Shown here one piece after another: positions 18,231 through 27,741 of a DNA stretch of 64,000 nucleotides. The position numbers and the translations under genes were made by a program. The notes beneath the pieces were generated by a model. The model was not told where the DNA came from. It searched no databases and saw only the letters and a program-made list of their open reading frames with translations. The stretch comes from Anaerolineales bacterium (lineage in GTDB: Bacteria; Chloroflexota; Anaerolineae; Anaerolineales; Villigracilaceae): the NCBI GenBank assembly GCA_034432535.1, contig DAOUBR010000079.1, positions 20,290 to 84,289 on the forward strand. The letters are read 5' to 3'. Positions within the stretch are counted from its first letter, which is position 1, and every line of letters starts with the position of its first letter.

Positions 18231-18395
18231 TTATTTTACCAGAGTATCAGAGTTCTTCCTTTCAACTTTTTTTTCGAGGTTGCGCAAGCGTCGCTCAACG
18301 TTGAAGTAATAACGCCGCAGCCAGAAGGGGACGATCAACAACGCCAGAGCCAGCAAGCAGGTGACTGAAAGCTCAAGAGAACTGACGTAAAACAT
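18231..18395 (-). CDS. small (54 aa) single-TM protein, hypothetical
   Basis: MFYVSSLELSVTCLLALALLIVPFWLRRYYF... The ATG overlaps the selD stop (TAATG). Confidence 0.35.
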   Translation of the reverse strand: MFYVSSLELSVTCLLALALLIVPFWLRRYYFNVERRLRNLEKKVERKNSDTLVK

Positions 18396-19456
18396 TAAGC
18401 CCTGACCTCGATTCCTGCGCCGGCGCGGACTTCGCCCACCACCCAAACGGCTTGATCGAGCTCGCCGGCGCGGGCTTGAAAGGCTTCCAGTTTTTCTTGC
18501 GGAACTCCCAGGAGCAAGCCGCCGCTGGTTTGCGGGTCGAAGAGCAACATGCGGGCGGGTTCGCCGAGCGCTTCGTCAAAGCGCGCCCAGTCGCCGAAGT
18601 TTGCCATGTTGTCGAACGCGCCGCCGGGGAAGAAGCCCTTTTCGGCATAATGCCGCGCGCCTTCCAGAAACGGCAGTTTGGAAAATTCAATTCGCAGCGC
18701 AACGCCGGAAGCTTTCGCCATTTCCAGGGCATGTCCGAGCAAGCCAAAGCCGGTAATATCCGTTCCGCCGCGCAAGCCCATTTCAGCGGCGAGTTGCCCG
18801 GCGGCTTTGTTCAAGTGCAGCATCCACAGAATCGCTTCTTGAATGTCGCCTTCGCGCGCCTGCTGCTGTTTGAGCGCGGTGGTGGTCACGCCGCAGCCAA
18901 GCGGCTTGGTGAGGACCAGCGCGTCGCCGACTCGCAAGCCGTTTTTGCCGATGATTTTTTGCGGATGAACCATGCCCAAAACCATCAGCCCATACTTCGG
19001 CTCTTTGTCTTTGACGGTATGTCCGCCGGCGATGACTACGCCGGCTTCGCGCGCCTTTTCCGCGCCGCCGCGCAAAATTTCGCTGGAAATTTCGGACGGC
19101 AAATGATCAGGCAGCGCGGCGATGTTTAAGGCGAGGAAAGGCGTCCCACCCATCGCGTAGACGTCCGAAAGGCTGTTCGCCGCCGCTATCGCGCCGTATT
19201 CGTAGGGCGTATCCACCACCGGGGTGAAGAAATCGGTCGTGGCGACCAGCGCCTGCTCGTCGCTAAAACGCCAGATCGCCGCGTCGTCGAGAGATTCAAG
19301 CCCGACGAGCAGGCTGGGATAATCGGCGGGGTTAAAAATATTTTGCAAAGGGCGCAGCACCTGCGCCAACGCTTCCGCGCCTAGTTTGGAAGCTCAGCCG
19401 GCGCAAGCGGACAAGGTCGTGAGGCGCACTTCGCGCCCGGATTGTGGAATTGCCAT
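18395..19456 (-). CDS. selD: selenide, water dikinase (selenophosphate synthetase) with in-frame UGA (Sec) in the N-terminal catalytic loop
   Basis: From ATG 19456 the frame reads MAIPQSGREVRLTTLSACAG-TGA(19396..19394)-ASKLGAEALAQVLRPL..., aligning to E. coli SelD [24 protein letters not shown] with TGA at Cys17. The rest is an AIR-synthase-like SelD body. The ORF track truncates the gene to the TTG at 19369. Two hairpins follow the TGA. Confidence 0.8.
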
Positions 19457-19481
19457 TTTTGCTCTTGGTGAATGAATCTGG

Positions 19482-20501
19482 TTACGGAATCGGGGTCGGC
19501 GCGGCGGCTGGCAATGGGAGAATGAATTGATTGCCGCTGGGGATGAAGATGGTCTGCACGCCGGGGGCGAGCTTTAAGATGTATTGATATTGCAGCAGTT
19601 CGGGCGTGAGCGATTCCGCCAACAGGCGGTTGGCTTCGGCTTCGGCTTTCGCCTGAATCAGGCGCGCTTCCGCCGCGCCTTGCGCGGCAATCACCACCGC
19701 GTCCGCCTGCCCTTGCGCCACCTGCCGCGCTTGCTCGGCTTCCTGTTTCTTTTGCTCAACGACAAATTTCGCCTGCTGCGCTTGCTGTTCGGCAATTTGC
19801 TTCTGCTCGACGGCGAGCGCGTACTCGTCGCTGAAACGGATGTTGCGCAGCACAAAGTCGCGCAGCACAAGGTCGTTTGCGGCGAAGACGCGCTCCAGTT
19901 CCTGCGTAATCAGGGCTTCCATCTCGGCGCGCTTGGAGCTGACGATTTCCTCCACGCCGTATTGCGAAGCCACGTCGCGGATCACTCCGCGCGCTTGCGG
20001 GCGCACCAGCCCGTATTCGTAACCGAAGCGCCACGTGCGGTATAAATCCACCGCGTTGGCAGGGTTGATGGCGTAAATGACGGAAGCGTCCACGTACACT
20101 TGCTGCCCGTCCTTCGTCCGCACCTGAATAGAATCGTCGCCCGATTTCGCGCCTTCGCCTTCCGCCGAAGACATGGTGTAAGTTTGATTCAAAATGGAAT
20201 AGCGTTCGACGCGCTCGGCGAAGGGGATAATCCAATGCAAGCCGGCGCCCAGCGGATCGGGGCGAATGCCGCCGTCGCCAACGACGGTGACGACAATCGC
20301 CAGTTCGTCCGGCTCGATGAAGACCAATCCGGCGCCGACCGTGGTGAGCAGCAGCGCGGCGACCAGCAAAATCAGCGCCGCCGTGCCGAGTCCCTTTGTG
20401 GGCTGTTTGCGCGCCGCGCGAGTTGCCACGGCGACCAGCGCGCCGATAAAGCCCAGCCACGCCAGCAAAGCGATTCCTTGAATAATTCCAGAAATATTCA
20501 T
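19482..20501 (-). CDS. SPFH/band-7 (prohibitin/HflC-like) membrane protein
   Basis: N-terminal TM segment, SPFH domain, and a C-terminal coiled coil rich in A/E/Q. Confidence 0.85.
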   Translation of the reverse strand: MNISGIIQGIALLAWLGFIGALVAVATRAARKQPTKGLGTAALILLVAALLLTTVGAGLVFIEPDELAIVVTVVGDGGIRPDPLGAGLHWIIPFAERVERYSILNQTYTMSSAEGEGAKSGDDSIQVRTKDGQQVYVDASVIYAINPANAVDLYRTWRFGYEYGLVRPQARGVIRDVASQYGVEEIVSSKRAEMEALITQELERVFAANDLVLRDFVLRNIRFSDEYALAVEQKQIAEQQAQQAKFVVEQKKQEAEQARQVAQGQADAVVIAAQGAAEARLIQAKAEAEANRLLAESLTPELLQYQYILKLAPGVQTIFIPSGNQFILPLPAAAPTPIP

Positions 20502-20560
20502 TAATAGATCTCCTTCAGCAAAGTAATTTTTCTTTTCGATAAATACGCCGCGGCGAATTA

Positions 20561-20566
20561 TAACTC
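20561..20566 (-). promoter_or_regulatory. candidate -10 box (TATAAT) for the SPFH-selD gene string
   Basis: Perfect TATAAT on the minus strand about 60 nt upstream of ATG 20501. SD GAAGGAG lies nearer the start. Confidence 0.3.
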
Positions 20567-20575
20567 AACCGCTCG

Positions 20576-22021
20576 TCATTGACATTCACGCAGGACGCTT
20601 TCAAAACGGGCGAGCGCGTCGTCAATCACTTCGTCTGTGTCCGCCATAGAAGTATACATGCGCGAGCCGGCAAGAGTGATAATTTCGTTCGCCATGTAAG
20701 CCGCGCCCATTTCTTCCATCATGTGTTTGCGCGGTTTGAGTTCGCGCAACAGGCGAATGGGATTCTTCAAATCCAGCAGCATCGTCCCTGCCGTTTCGAG
20801 GTGAACGATGCTGCCTTGATTGTAGGCGACGAAAGGCAGCGCGTATTTTTCGATGATGGCTTGCAGTCCTTGGGTCAGCCTGTCGCCCGCCTTGCCGGCA
20901 AGGATCGCCGCGTTGGTTCGCTCCATTTCGAGCAAGGCGTAATAGCCCGCGGCGCAAGAAAGCGGGTTGGCGGAAAGCGTGCCGCCGACGTAAGCGCGCC
21001 CGCCGATTCCGCCGATACCGGCGGCGAATTTCATCATCACCTCCCGCCGCCCGCCGACTCCGCCCGCCATCGGGTATCCGCCTGTGACGCATTTGCCGAA
21101 GACGGTTAAATCCGGCTTGACGTTAAAGTAACCCTGCGCGCCGCCCAACCCGATTCGGAAGCCGGTGACCACTTCGTCAAAAATGAGCAGCGCGCCGAAT
21201 TGGTCGCACAGCTCGCGGACTCTTTGATTGAACTCGAAGGGAACGGGGCGCGTGCCGCTTTCGGGTCCGAGCGGTTCGACAATCACCGCCGCCGTGCCGC
21301 CGCGCAGTTGATTGAAGAGCAGCCGCGCCTTCAGCGCGCCGAGCGCGTTGGGGTAAACTTCGTCGGTGGCGGCGCTCGCCCCGCGCGGGATTCCCGTCGC
21401 TTCGAGCCTGCCCGTGCCGGGAATATGCAGCCCGTACACCATCGGGTCGCTCCATCCGTGATACGCCCCGCCGATTTTGATAACGCGCTTTTTTTTGGCG
21501 AAGACCCGCGCCGCGCGAATGGCGGCCATCACGGCTTCGGTGCCGGAGCCTAACATGCGGAACATTTCAATCGAAGGCATGAAGCGCTGAATCAATTGCG
21601 CGAGTTTGAGCTCGTATTCATGAAACAAACCGGTGACGGGTCCGCAGGTTTGCAGCAATTCAAAGACTTTTTCGCGCACAGGGGCGTAGTTGCCGCCCAA
21701 CACGGTAGGTCCGCCCGCTTGCAAAAAGTCAATGTAGCGGTTGCCGTCGGCGTCCCACAAGTACGCGCCTTCGGCTTTTTCGATGGCGATGGGAAAGGGA
21801 TAATTGAAGGCGAGGTTATGCTGCACGCCGCCGGGAATGAATTTTTTGGCTTCGTCGGTCAGCGCTTTGGAGCGTTGGCAGCGCGTCTCGAAGTATTTGA
21901 GATACTCGCGCATCTTCTCCCGCCGCACAGGGCGCGGCGGCTGACGAGTCAGGTCGTTTAAACGAGCGTAAATTTTTTGAACGTCGGGGTATTCTGAAAT
22001 CGCGTATTGAGCCGAGGTCAT
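20576..22021 (-). CDS. class-III PLP aminotransferase (glutamate-1-semialdehyde aminomutase-like)
   Basis: 481 aa with an aminotransferase class-III fold pattern (GSGTEA, FDEVVTGFR). Confidence 0.8.
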   Translation of the reverse strand: MTSAQYAISEYPDVQKIYARLNDLTRQPPRPVRREKMREYLKYFETRCQRSKALTDEAKKFIPGGVQHNLAFNYPFPIAIEKAEGAYLWDADGNRYIDFLQAGGPTVLGGNYAPVREKVFELLQTCGPVTGLFHEYELKLAQLIQRFMPSIEMFRMLGSGTEAVMAAIRAARVFAKKKRVIKIGGAYHGWSDPMVYGLHIPGTGRLEATGIPRGASAATDEVYPNALGALKARLLFNQLRGGTAAVIVEPLGPESGTRPVPFEFNQRVRELCDQFGALLIFDEVVTGFRIGLGGAQGYFNVKPDLTVFGKCVTGGYPMAGGVGGRREVMMKFAAGIGGIGGRAYVGGTLSANPLSCAAGYYALLEMERTNAAILAGKAGDRLTQGLQAIIEKYALPFVAYNQGSIVHLETAGTMLLDLKNPIRLLRELKPRKHMMEEMGAAYMANEIITLAGSRMYTSMADTDEVIDDALARFESVLRECQ

Positions 22022-22027
22022 TTCGTT

Positions 22028-22708
22028 TTATTCTCCATCCGCGACGAGCGCCGCGAATTTCTTTTCGTCGGCCCGCAATTTGGCGAAAGCGATTTCGCGC
22101 ACGGGCAGCGGAATCTTTGTCGTTTTCTTTTCAGTCAGCAGAGCAAGCAAATAAGTCAGGGCGCATTTTTCCAACAGCGCCATGTTGTAAATCGCCCGTT
22201 CCATCGTCCCGCCAAAGACGAGAACGCCGTGATTTTGCAGAACGTAGGCGTTGGCGCCGCTCTTTATCTTCGCTTTGACCGCGTTTTTGAGCATGCCCGT
22301 CCCCGAAGGCGCGTAGGGGATGATCTCCACGCTCCGCCCCAGATAGCGAACCTGCTCGTCGAACAGCGGGGGGATGGGCGCATTCATCAAGGCAAGCGCG
22401 CTGGCGTAAGGTTGATGAGTGTGAATGACGTAATGAACGTCCGCGCGAAGGCGGTAGGTCGCCGCGTGCATGGCGCTTTCGATGGAGGGTTTGAGCGCGC
22501 CCCCAATTTGCCGCCCCTCCATATCAAGGACGCAGACGTCTTCCGCATGCATTTTGGCGTAATCGTAATTCGAGGGGGTGACGGCGAAGCTTTCCGCGCC
22601 TTTCGTCCGCGCCGAGACGTTGCCCTCGGTTGCCTTCAGATAGCCGCGTTCCAGCAGGACGCGGCAAATTTGCACCGTTTGTCGTTGGGAAGGAAGAGTT
22701 TCCGTCAT
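22028..22708 (-). CDS. class II aldolase/adducin-family protein
   Basis: His-rich metal site (VIHTH) and a fuculose-phosphate-aldolase-like layout. Start placed at ATG 22708 with SD GGAG. Confidence 0.75.
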   Translation of the reverse strand: MTETLPSQRQTVQICRVLLERGYLKATEGNVSARTKGAESFAVTPSNYDYAKMHAEDVCVLDMEGRQIGGALKPSIESAMHAATYRLRADVHYVIHTHQPYASALALMNAPIPPLFDEQVRYLGRSVEIIPYAPSGTGMLKNAVKAKIKSGANAYVLQNHGVLVFGGTMERAIYNMALLEKCALTYLLALLTEKKTTKIPLPVREIAFAKLRADEKKFAALVADGE

Positions 22709-22790
22709 GTTTTTCTCCGCCCCGATTATAGCGGAATCTGCTATACTATTTTCAACCCAAAGCAATTTTTTTCATCAGGAGGCGCGCGAT

Positions 22791-23633
22791 ATGCTTTTCA
22801 AAGAATGGAACGTGCTGGTAGTGGACGACGAGCCGGACGTGCTGGCAGTGACGAAACTGGCGCTGCGCGATATGAAGATTTACGACCTGCCGCTTAAAAT
22901 TTACGGAGCGGCAAGCAAAGCCGAGGCGGTGGAGCTGCTGAACACAAAACTGGCGGCGAAAGGCAGACCCGGCGACCTCGTCGCCGTGGCGTTGATTGAC
23001 GTGGTAATGGAAACCGACCACGCCGGGCTGGATTTGTGCAAGCAGATTCGCGGGGAGATGAAGAATTGGGCTTCGCAACTGTACATCCGCACCGGTCAGC
23101 CGGGGGTCGCGCCAGAGCGCAAGGTGATTGACGAGTACGACATTTCCGGCTACATCTCAAAAGTGGACGCCACCGAGCAGAAGCTTTACACCATCATCAA
23201 AAGCGGCGCGCGTCAGTGGTACACCATTTATTACGGCAAGCTGCTTTCGGACGTCGCTCACGCGGCGATGATCGCTTCGGAGAGCAAGGAGCAAATGCTC
23301 GCGGCGCTGCGCCTTTCGGGGGCGGGGTTTGAAAGCCCCGATTTGGCGGCGGGAATCATCTTCGATAATAGTGACGTGCTGAGCTACGCCGCGCCCGCCA
23401 AAATCTTCGCCATTCGCGACGAGCTGAACGCCGCCCAGCCGATTATAACCACGCCCGAAGGTCACAAGCTATACGCGCTGGGGACGAAGGTGATGATTCA
23501 CATCGTCGAGACGCCTTCGACGGCGGATTACGTCTATGTGCTGCAAGGCAAGATGAGCCTGCCCGAATCGCTGCTGGAACTGACCTTCCGTCACTGTCTC
23601 GCCATCGCCACGCTGTGGAAGCGAGCGTCCTGA
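22791..23633 (+). CDS. response regulator: receiver domain plus about 150-aa uncharacterised C-terminal domain
   Basis: Receiver residues VVDDEPD, ALIDVVM and YISK. I did not recognise a DNA-binding or enzymatic output. SD AGGAGG lies upstream of ATG 22791. Confidence 0.75.
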   Translation: MLFKEWNVLVVDDEPDVLAVTKLALRDMKIYDLPLKIYGAASKAEAVELLNTKLAAKGRPGDLVAVALIDVVMETDHAGLDLCKQIRGEMKNWASQLYIRTGQPGVAPERKVIDEYDISGYISKVDATEQKLYTIIKSGARQWYTIYYGKLLSDVAHAAMIASESKEQMLAALRLSGAGFESPDLAAGIIFDNSDVLSYAAPAKIFAIRDELNAAQPIITTPEGHKLYALGTKVMIHIVETPSTADYVYVLQGKMSLPESLLELTFRHCLAIATLWKRAS

Positions 23634-23653
23634 GCGCCGCGCATGTAACTTTT

Positions 23654-24868
23654 ATGTCTCGAACCGCCGAGCTGCTGCGGCAGTTTTCGTTCTTGTCGCC
23701 CTTCTCTAACGGGCAGCTGGAATACATCGCCGGCGTCGCGCCGCGCGTTCGCTTTAAAGCGGGCGAATCCGTCTTTAAAATCGGCGACCCTTCGGGGGCG
23801 ATGTATTTGATTCTCTCCGGAACGATGAAGATCTTCCGCTACGACGAGCGGGGCGAGGAAATCACCCTCAGCCGCCTGGAGACGGGCGGGGTGTTTGGCG
23901 AACTGGCGCTGTTGAGCGCCGAGCCGCGTATGGCGAGCGTTTCCGCGCTGACCGATAGCGAATGCCTGGTGATTGACCGCAGCTTGTTGTTGGAGACCGT
24001 CGCTTCGGCTTCGCCGGAAGCGATTTTGAATCTCTTCGCCGTGTTGAGCAATCAGATTCGCTCGGTGAACGAGCGCGAGTTTCAGGAGTTGTTGAGTCAG
24101 CGCACGCTGGCGGACCAGATGGAGATTGAACGGCAGCGCGCGCTGACGCAGATGGTGGCGGGCGTGGCGCACGAACTCAACACGCCGCTGGGAGTCATCA
24201 ACACGGCGGTCAGCGTGCTGGAACGGGAAATGAAAAGCCCGACCTTTGAAAAGTTCATGCAAGAGGAAGAAGCCCGCCAGATAGCGGAGGATTTCCGCGA
24301 GGCGCTGGAACTCATTAAAGGCAACGCGCGCCGCGCGCATCTGCTGGTGCAGGATTTTAAGAAGGTCTCGGTAAGCCAGTTGACCGACGAAAAGGAGCGC
24401 ATGTCGCTTTCGGAGGCGACGCGCGAGATTGTCCATCTGGCGCAGGCGCATTTCAAGAAGTCGGGGCTACGAATTGAAATCCGCGATTTGCTGCCCCCCG
24501 CCGAGCAAACCTGGGTGGGTTATCGCGGCTACCTTTCGCAAATTCTCTTGAACCTATTGACGAACGTTCAGCGCTACGCTTACCCCGAAGAGCGCGGCGG
24601 TCTGGCGGAAATTTACCTGCGCCCGGCGGGCGCGGATAAATTCAGCCTAAGCGTAAAGGATTACGGCAGGGGCATGAACACGGAAACGCGCGAGCGTATC
24701 TTCGAGCCGTTCTTCACCACCGGACGCGCTTCCGGCGGCACCGGGCTGGGCATGGCTATCGTCCACAATCTGGCGACGGTGGCGCTGAAAGGTTCGATTC
24801 ACATTGAATCGGAAGAAGGTAAGGGAACCGAGGTCGCTATTACCTTCCCGCGCGTGGTTGAGGGGTAG
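23654..24868 (+). CDS. soluble histidine kinase with N-terminal cyclic-nucleotide-binding domain
   Basis: cNMP-binding fold (FKAGESVFKIGD...GGVFGELALL...RMASV), H-box VAHELNTPL and an HATPase domain (GTGLGMAI). No TM segments. An alternative GTG start at 23615 overlaps the response regulator stop. Confidence 0.8.
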   Translation: MSRTAELLRQFSFLSPFSNGQLEYIAGVAPRVRFKAGESVFKIGDPSGAMYLILSGTMKIFRYDERGEEITLSRLETGGVFGELALLSAEPRMASVSALTDSECLVIDRSLLLETVASASPEAILNLFAVLSNQIRSVNEREFQELLSQRTLADQMEIERQRALTQMVAGVAHELNTPLGVINTAVSVLEREMKSPTFEKFMQEEEARQIAEDFREALELIKGNARRAHLLVQDFKKVSVSQLTDEKERMSLSEATREIVHLAQAHFKKSGLRIEIRDLLPPAEQTWVGYRGYLSQILLNLLTNVQRYAYPEERGGLAEIYLRPAGADKFSLSVKDYGRGMNTETRERIFEPFFTTGRASGGTGLGMAIVHNLATVALKGSIHIESEEGKGTEVAITFPRVVEG

Positions 24869-24903
24869 CGGCAACAGCGAACGAGGGAAGATGGACGGAA
24901 GGA

Positions 24904-26394
24904 TTACATCCTTTCCAGCGTCTCAATCGCCTTTTGGATTCTTCGCAAGCAGGTTTCCCGCCCGATAATTTCCATGCTCTCAAACAGCGGCGGGCTGACC
25001 GTTTGCCCGGTGACGGCGACGCGCAAAATGCCGAAGACCTGATTGGGCTTCAGCCCGCTCTCTTCGACGTAGGCGCGCATAGGCGGCTCAGCGGCGGCGT
25101 GAGTCCACTCCGGCAGCGCCGCGAGGATTTCATACGAGCGGCGCGCCATCTCGGCGGCGCGCTTCGCGTCCAGCCCTTTGACAATCAACGCTTCGGGAGC
25201 GGGAGAAACCTCCTCCTTAAAGAAGAACCCGCCAAACTCCACGCAATCGTCCAGAGTGGTCAGGCGCTCGCGGATAAGCGGAATCATCGCCCGCAGAATC
25301 TCATCGCGGACGGGCAAACCCGCCCGCAGAAAATACGGTTTCAACCGCGCCGCCAGATCGTCGGCAGCCAGCAAACGAATGTGAGTCGCGTTAAAGTGGT
25401 CGAGCTTTTGGAAATTGATAGCCGCCGGCGAGGGCGTAAGCGAATCAATAGAAAAGCGCTCAATCATCTGCCGCAGGGTCATCACGTCGTCTTCCGGCAC
25501 GCCCCAACCCATCAACGCCATCCAATTTAACGCGCCTTCGGGCGTAAAGCCCAGATCTTCCAAATCCTTAACAAAAATCGAATGACCGTCGTTCAGCGCC
25601 TGCGCGGCTTCGCGTTTGCTCATCTTGCCCTTGCCGCTCGGCTTGAGGAAAATAGAAAGATGAATCCAGACCGGCTCGTCCCATCCAAACGCGCGAACGA
25701 TATTAACGTGCAGCGGAAACGTGCCGAGCCACTCCGAACCGCGTAAAACGTGCGTAATTTGCATTTCGTGGTCGTCCACCATCGCCGCGAGATGATAGGT
25801 CGGCAAACCGTCCGACTTTAACAACACCTGGTCGTTGAGCTGCTTGTTTTCGGTGACAATATCTCCGCGCAAATGGTCGCGCGCCACCGTGACTCCCTCT
25901 TGCGGCGTTTTAAAACGCACAATGTAAGGCTCGCCGTTGGCGATTCGGCGCGCCGCCTCGTCCGGGTCGAGCGCGCGGCAGGTTCCGTCGTAACGCGGAT
26001 TCTCCTTGCGCTTCATCTGCTCTTGCCGAACTTTTTCCAACCGTTCAGGCGAACAAAAGCACGGATAAGCATGACCTTTCTCAATCAAAACTTTCGCGTA
26101 ATGCTGATAAATATCGCGCCGCTCGGTCTGGCGATACGGTCCGAACTTTCCGCCGACGTCGGGACCTTCGTCGTATTCCAGCCCCAGCCAGCGCAAGCCG
26201 TCCATAATTTCCTGCTCCGCGCCGGGGACGGTTCGCTTGAGGTCGGTGTCTTCAATGCGGAGAATAAATTGCCCGCCGGTTTGTTTGGCGAGCAAATAAT
26301 CGTACAAAGCGGTGCGCGCCGTGCCAAGGTGCATGTGTCCCGTCGGGGAGGGAGCGACGCGCGTGCGAGCGGGAAGCGCAGGAAGCGAGGACAA
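24904..26394 (-). CDS. gltX: glutamate--tRNA ligase
   Basis: Class-I motifs PSPTGHMHLGTAR (HIGH-type) and KMSKR; 496 aa. Confidence 0.95.
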   Translation of the reverse strand: MSSLPALPARTRVAPSPTGHMHLGTARTALYDYLLAKQTGGQFILRIEDTDLKRTVPGAEQEIMDGLRWLGLEYDEGPDVGGKFGPYRQTERRDIYQHYAKVLIEKGHAYPCFCSPERLEKVRQEQMKRKENPRYDGTCRALDPDEAARRIANGEPYIVRFKTPQEGVTVARDHLRGDIVTENKQLNDQVLLKSDGLPTYHLAAMVDDHEMQITHVLRGSEWLGTFPLHVNIVRAFGWDEPVWIHLSIFLKPSGKGKMSKREAAQALNDGHSIFVKDLEDLGFTPEGALNWMALMGWGVPEDDVMTLRQMIERFSIDSLTPSPAAINFQKLDHFNATHIRLLAADDLAARLKPYFLRAGLPVRDEILRAMIPLIRERLTTLDDCVEFGGFFFKEEVSPAPEALIVKGLDAKRAAEMARRSYEILAALPEWTHAAAEPPMRAYVEESGLKPNQVFGILRVAVTGQTVSPPLFESMEIIGRETCLRRIQKAIETLERM

Positions 26395-26439
26395 GTGAAA
26401 CTCCTTTATAGATGAAATACGGCGGGCAAGCGGCGCGGG

Positions 26440-27567
26440 TTAAAACTCCATGCTCTTGTGCCGCATCGCCACAGATTCTACCAAACCGATTCCGAGCATC
26501 AGCGCGGTGAGACCGCTGCCGCCGTAACTGACAAAAGGAAGCGGCAAGCCCGAAACGGGCAGCATGTTCAAGTTCATGCCGATGTTGACCAGCGCCTGGA
26601 AAAAAATCATCACCGCCATTCCAAAAGCAATCATCGCGCCGGCGAGGTCGCGCGCTTTTTGCGCCGCGCGAATGCACCTCCACACGATGAACGCAACGGT
26701 CAAGATGAGAAATATTCCTCCAATCATACCAAATTCTTCCGCGCTGGCGGCGAAGATGAAATCGGTATGACGGACTTTAAGAAAGCGTAGCTGAGTCTGC
26801 GTGCCGTGACCGTAGCCCTTGCCGAACAATCCGCCGGAGCCGGCGGCAATTAGCGCTTGCTGCACGTTATAACGGTTTCCGTAGGTGTCGTTCGGGTCCG
26901 GCACGACAAAATTGACGATGCGCTGCTGCTGGTAAGCCTGCATGCCCGGAATGCGAACGCCAATGACCGAAGCGACAATCACGCTGACCATCAAGACCGC
27001 CGCCGCCATTCCCGCCACAATCACATGCTTGACCTGAATCCCGTTCACCCACAGCATAGCGGCAAGGATGACGGAAAGCAGCATGACGTTGCTCAAATTG
27101 GGTTGCAGCAAAATCATCACGATAATGCCGGAAGCCCAAAGAACCGCCCCCACCGCCCAGCGTAAATCGCGGGGCTGGTCTTGCGCGGCTTCAAAATAAC
27201 GAGCAAGCACGATAATGGCGGCAATCTTGGCGAATTCCGTCGGCTGCAAAAAAAGCACGCCCACCTGAAACCAGCGCTGCGCGCCAAAAGCCACCTGCCC
27301 CAAGCCCGTGAGCGTGAGCAAGAAGACCATAACGACAAAATATATTGGGCGGTATAAAGCCAGCCAGTAGCGGTAATCAACGGAAGCGACGATAAAAATC
27401 AGGACGACGCCGAGAATGGCGAAATACACCTGACGCATCACTAAAGGCTGCAAGACCTCGTTGCCCGCAATCGCGGAGCGAATCATCGCCGCGCCAAAAG
27501 AGGAAGCGAGGACGACCGCTCCCAGAAGGAGGAAATCAAAGTTGCGCCATGAGAGTTCGCGGTTCAT
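26440..27567 (-). CDS. rodA: SEDS-family peptidoglycan glycosyltransferase (FtsW/RodA/SpoVE)
   Basis: About 10 TM helices and a conserved SEDS C-terminal region. Lies downstream of minCDE. Confidence 0.8.
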   Translation of the reverse strand: MNRELSWRNFDFLLLGAVVLASSFGAAMIRSAIAGNEVLQPLVMRQVYFAILGVVLIFIVASVDYRYWLALYRPIYFVVMVFLLTLTGLGQVAFGAQRWFQVGVLFLQPTEFAKIAAIIVLARYFEAAQDQPRDLRWAVGAVLWASGIIVMILLQPNLSNVMLLSVILAAMLWVNGIQVKHVIVAGMAAAVLMVSVIVASVIGVRIPGMQAYQQQRIVNFVVPDPNDTYGNRYNVQQALIAAGSGGLFGKGYGHGTQTQLRFLKVRHTDFIFAASAEEFGMIGGIFLILTVAFIVWRCIRAAQKARDLAGAMIAFGMAVMIFFQALVNIGMNLNMLPVSGLPLPFVSYGGSGLTALMLGIGLVESVAMRHKSMEF

Positions 27568-27656
27568 GCCTTAACTATAAAGTCAAACGGGAAAAAAATC
27601 CATCCGCGCAAAAGCGCGCGCGGCTTTCTCAAAGCCGAGTTTTCTCCGCCAGCGTA

Positions 27657-27713
27657 AAGAAAAAGCCGCAAGGCGGCGCGATAAAAAACGCCCGTCAAAA
27701 AAGTTGGCGGGCG
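27657..27713 (-). terminator. two tandem hairpin terminators between minE and rodA
   Basis: On the minus strand: CGCCCG...CGGGCG followed by TTTTTTA (27682..27713), then GCCGC-ctt-GCGGC followed by TTTTTCTT (27657..27677). Confidence 0.5.
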
Positions 27714-27741
27714 CGCTTGCAAACGAAAAAAAACGCGCGGG

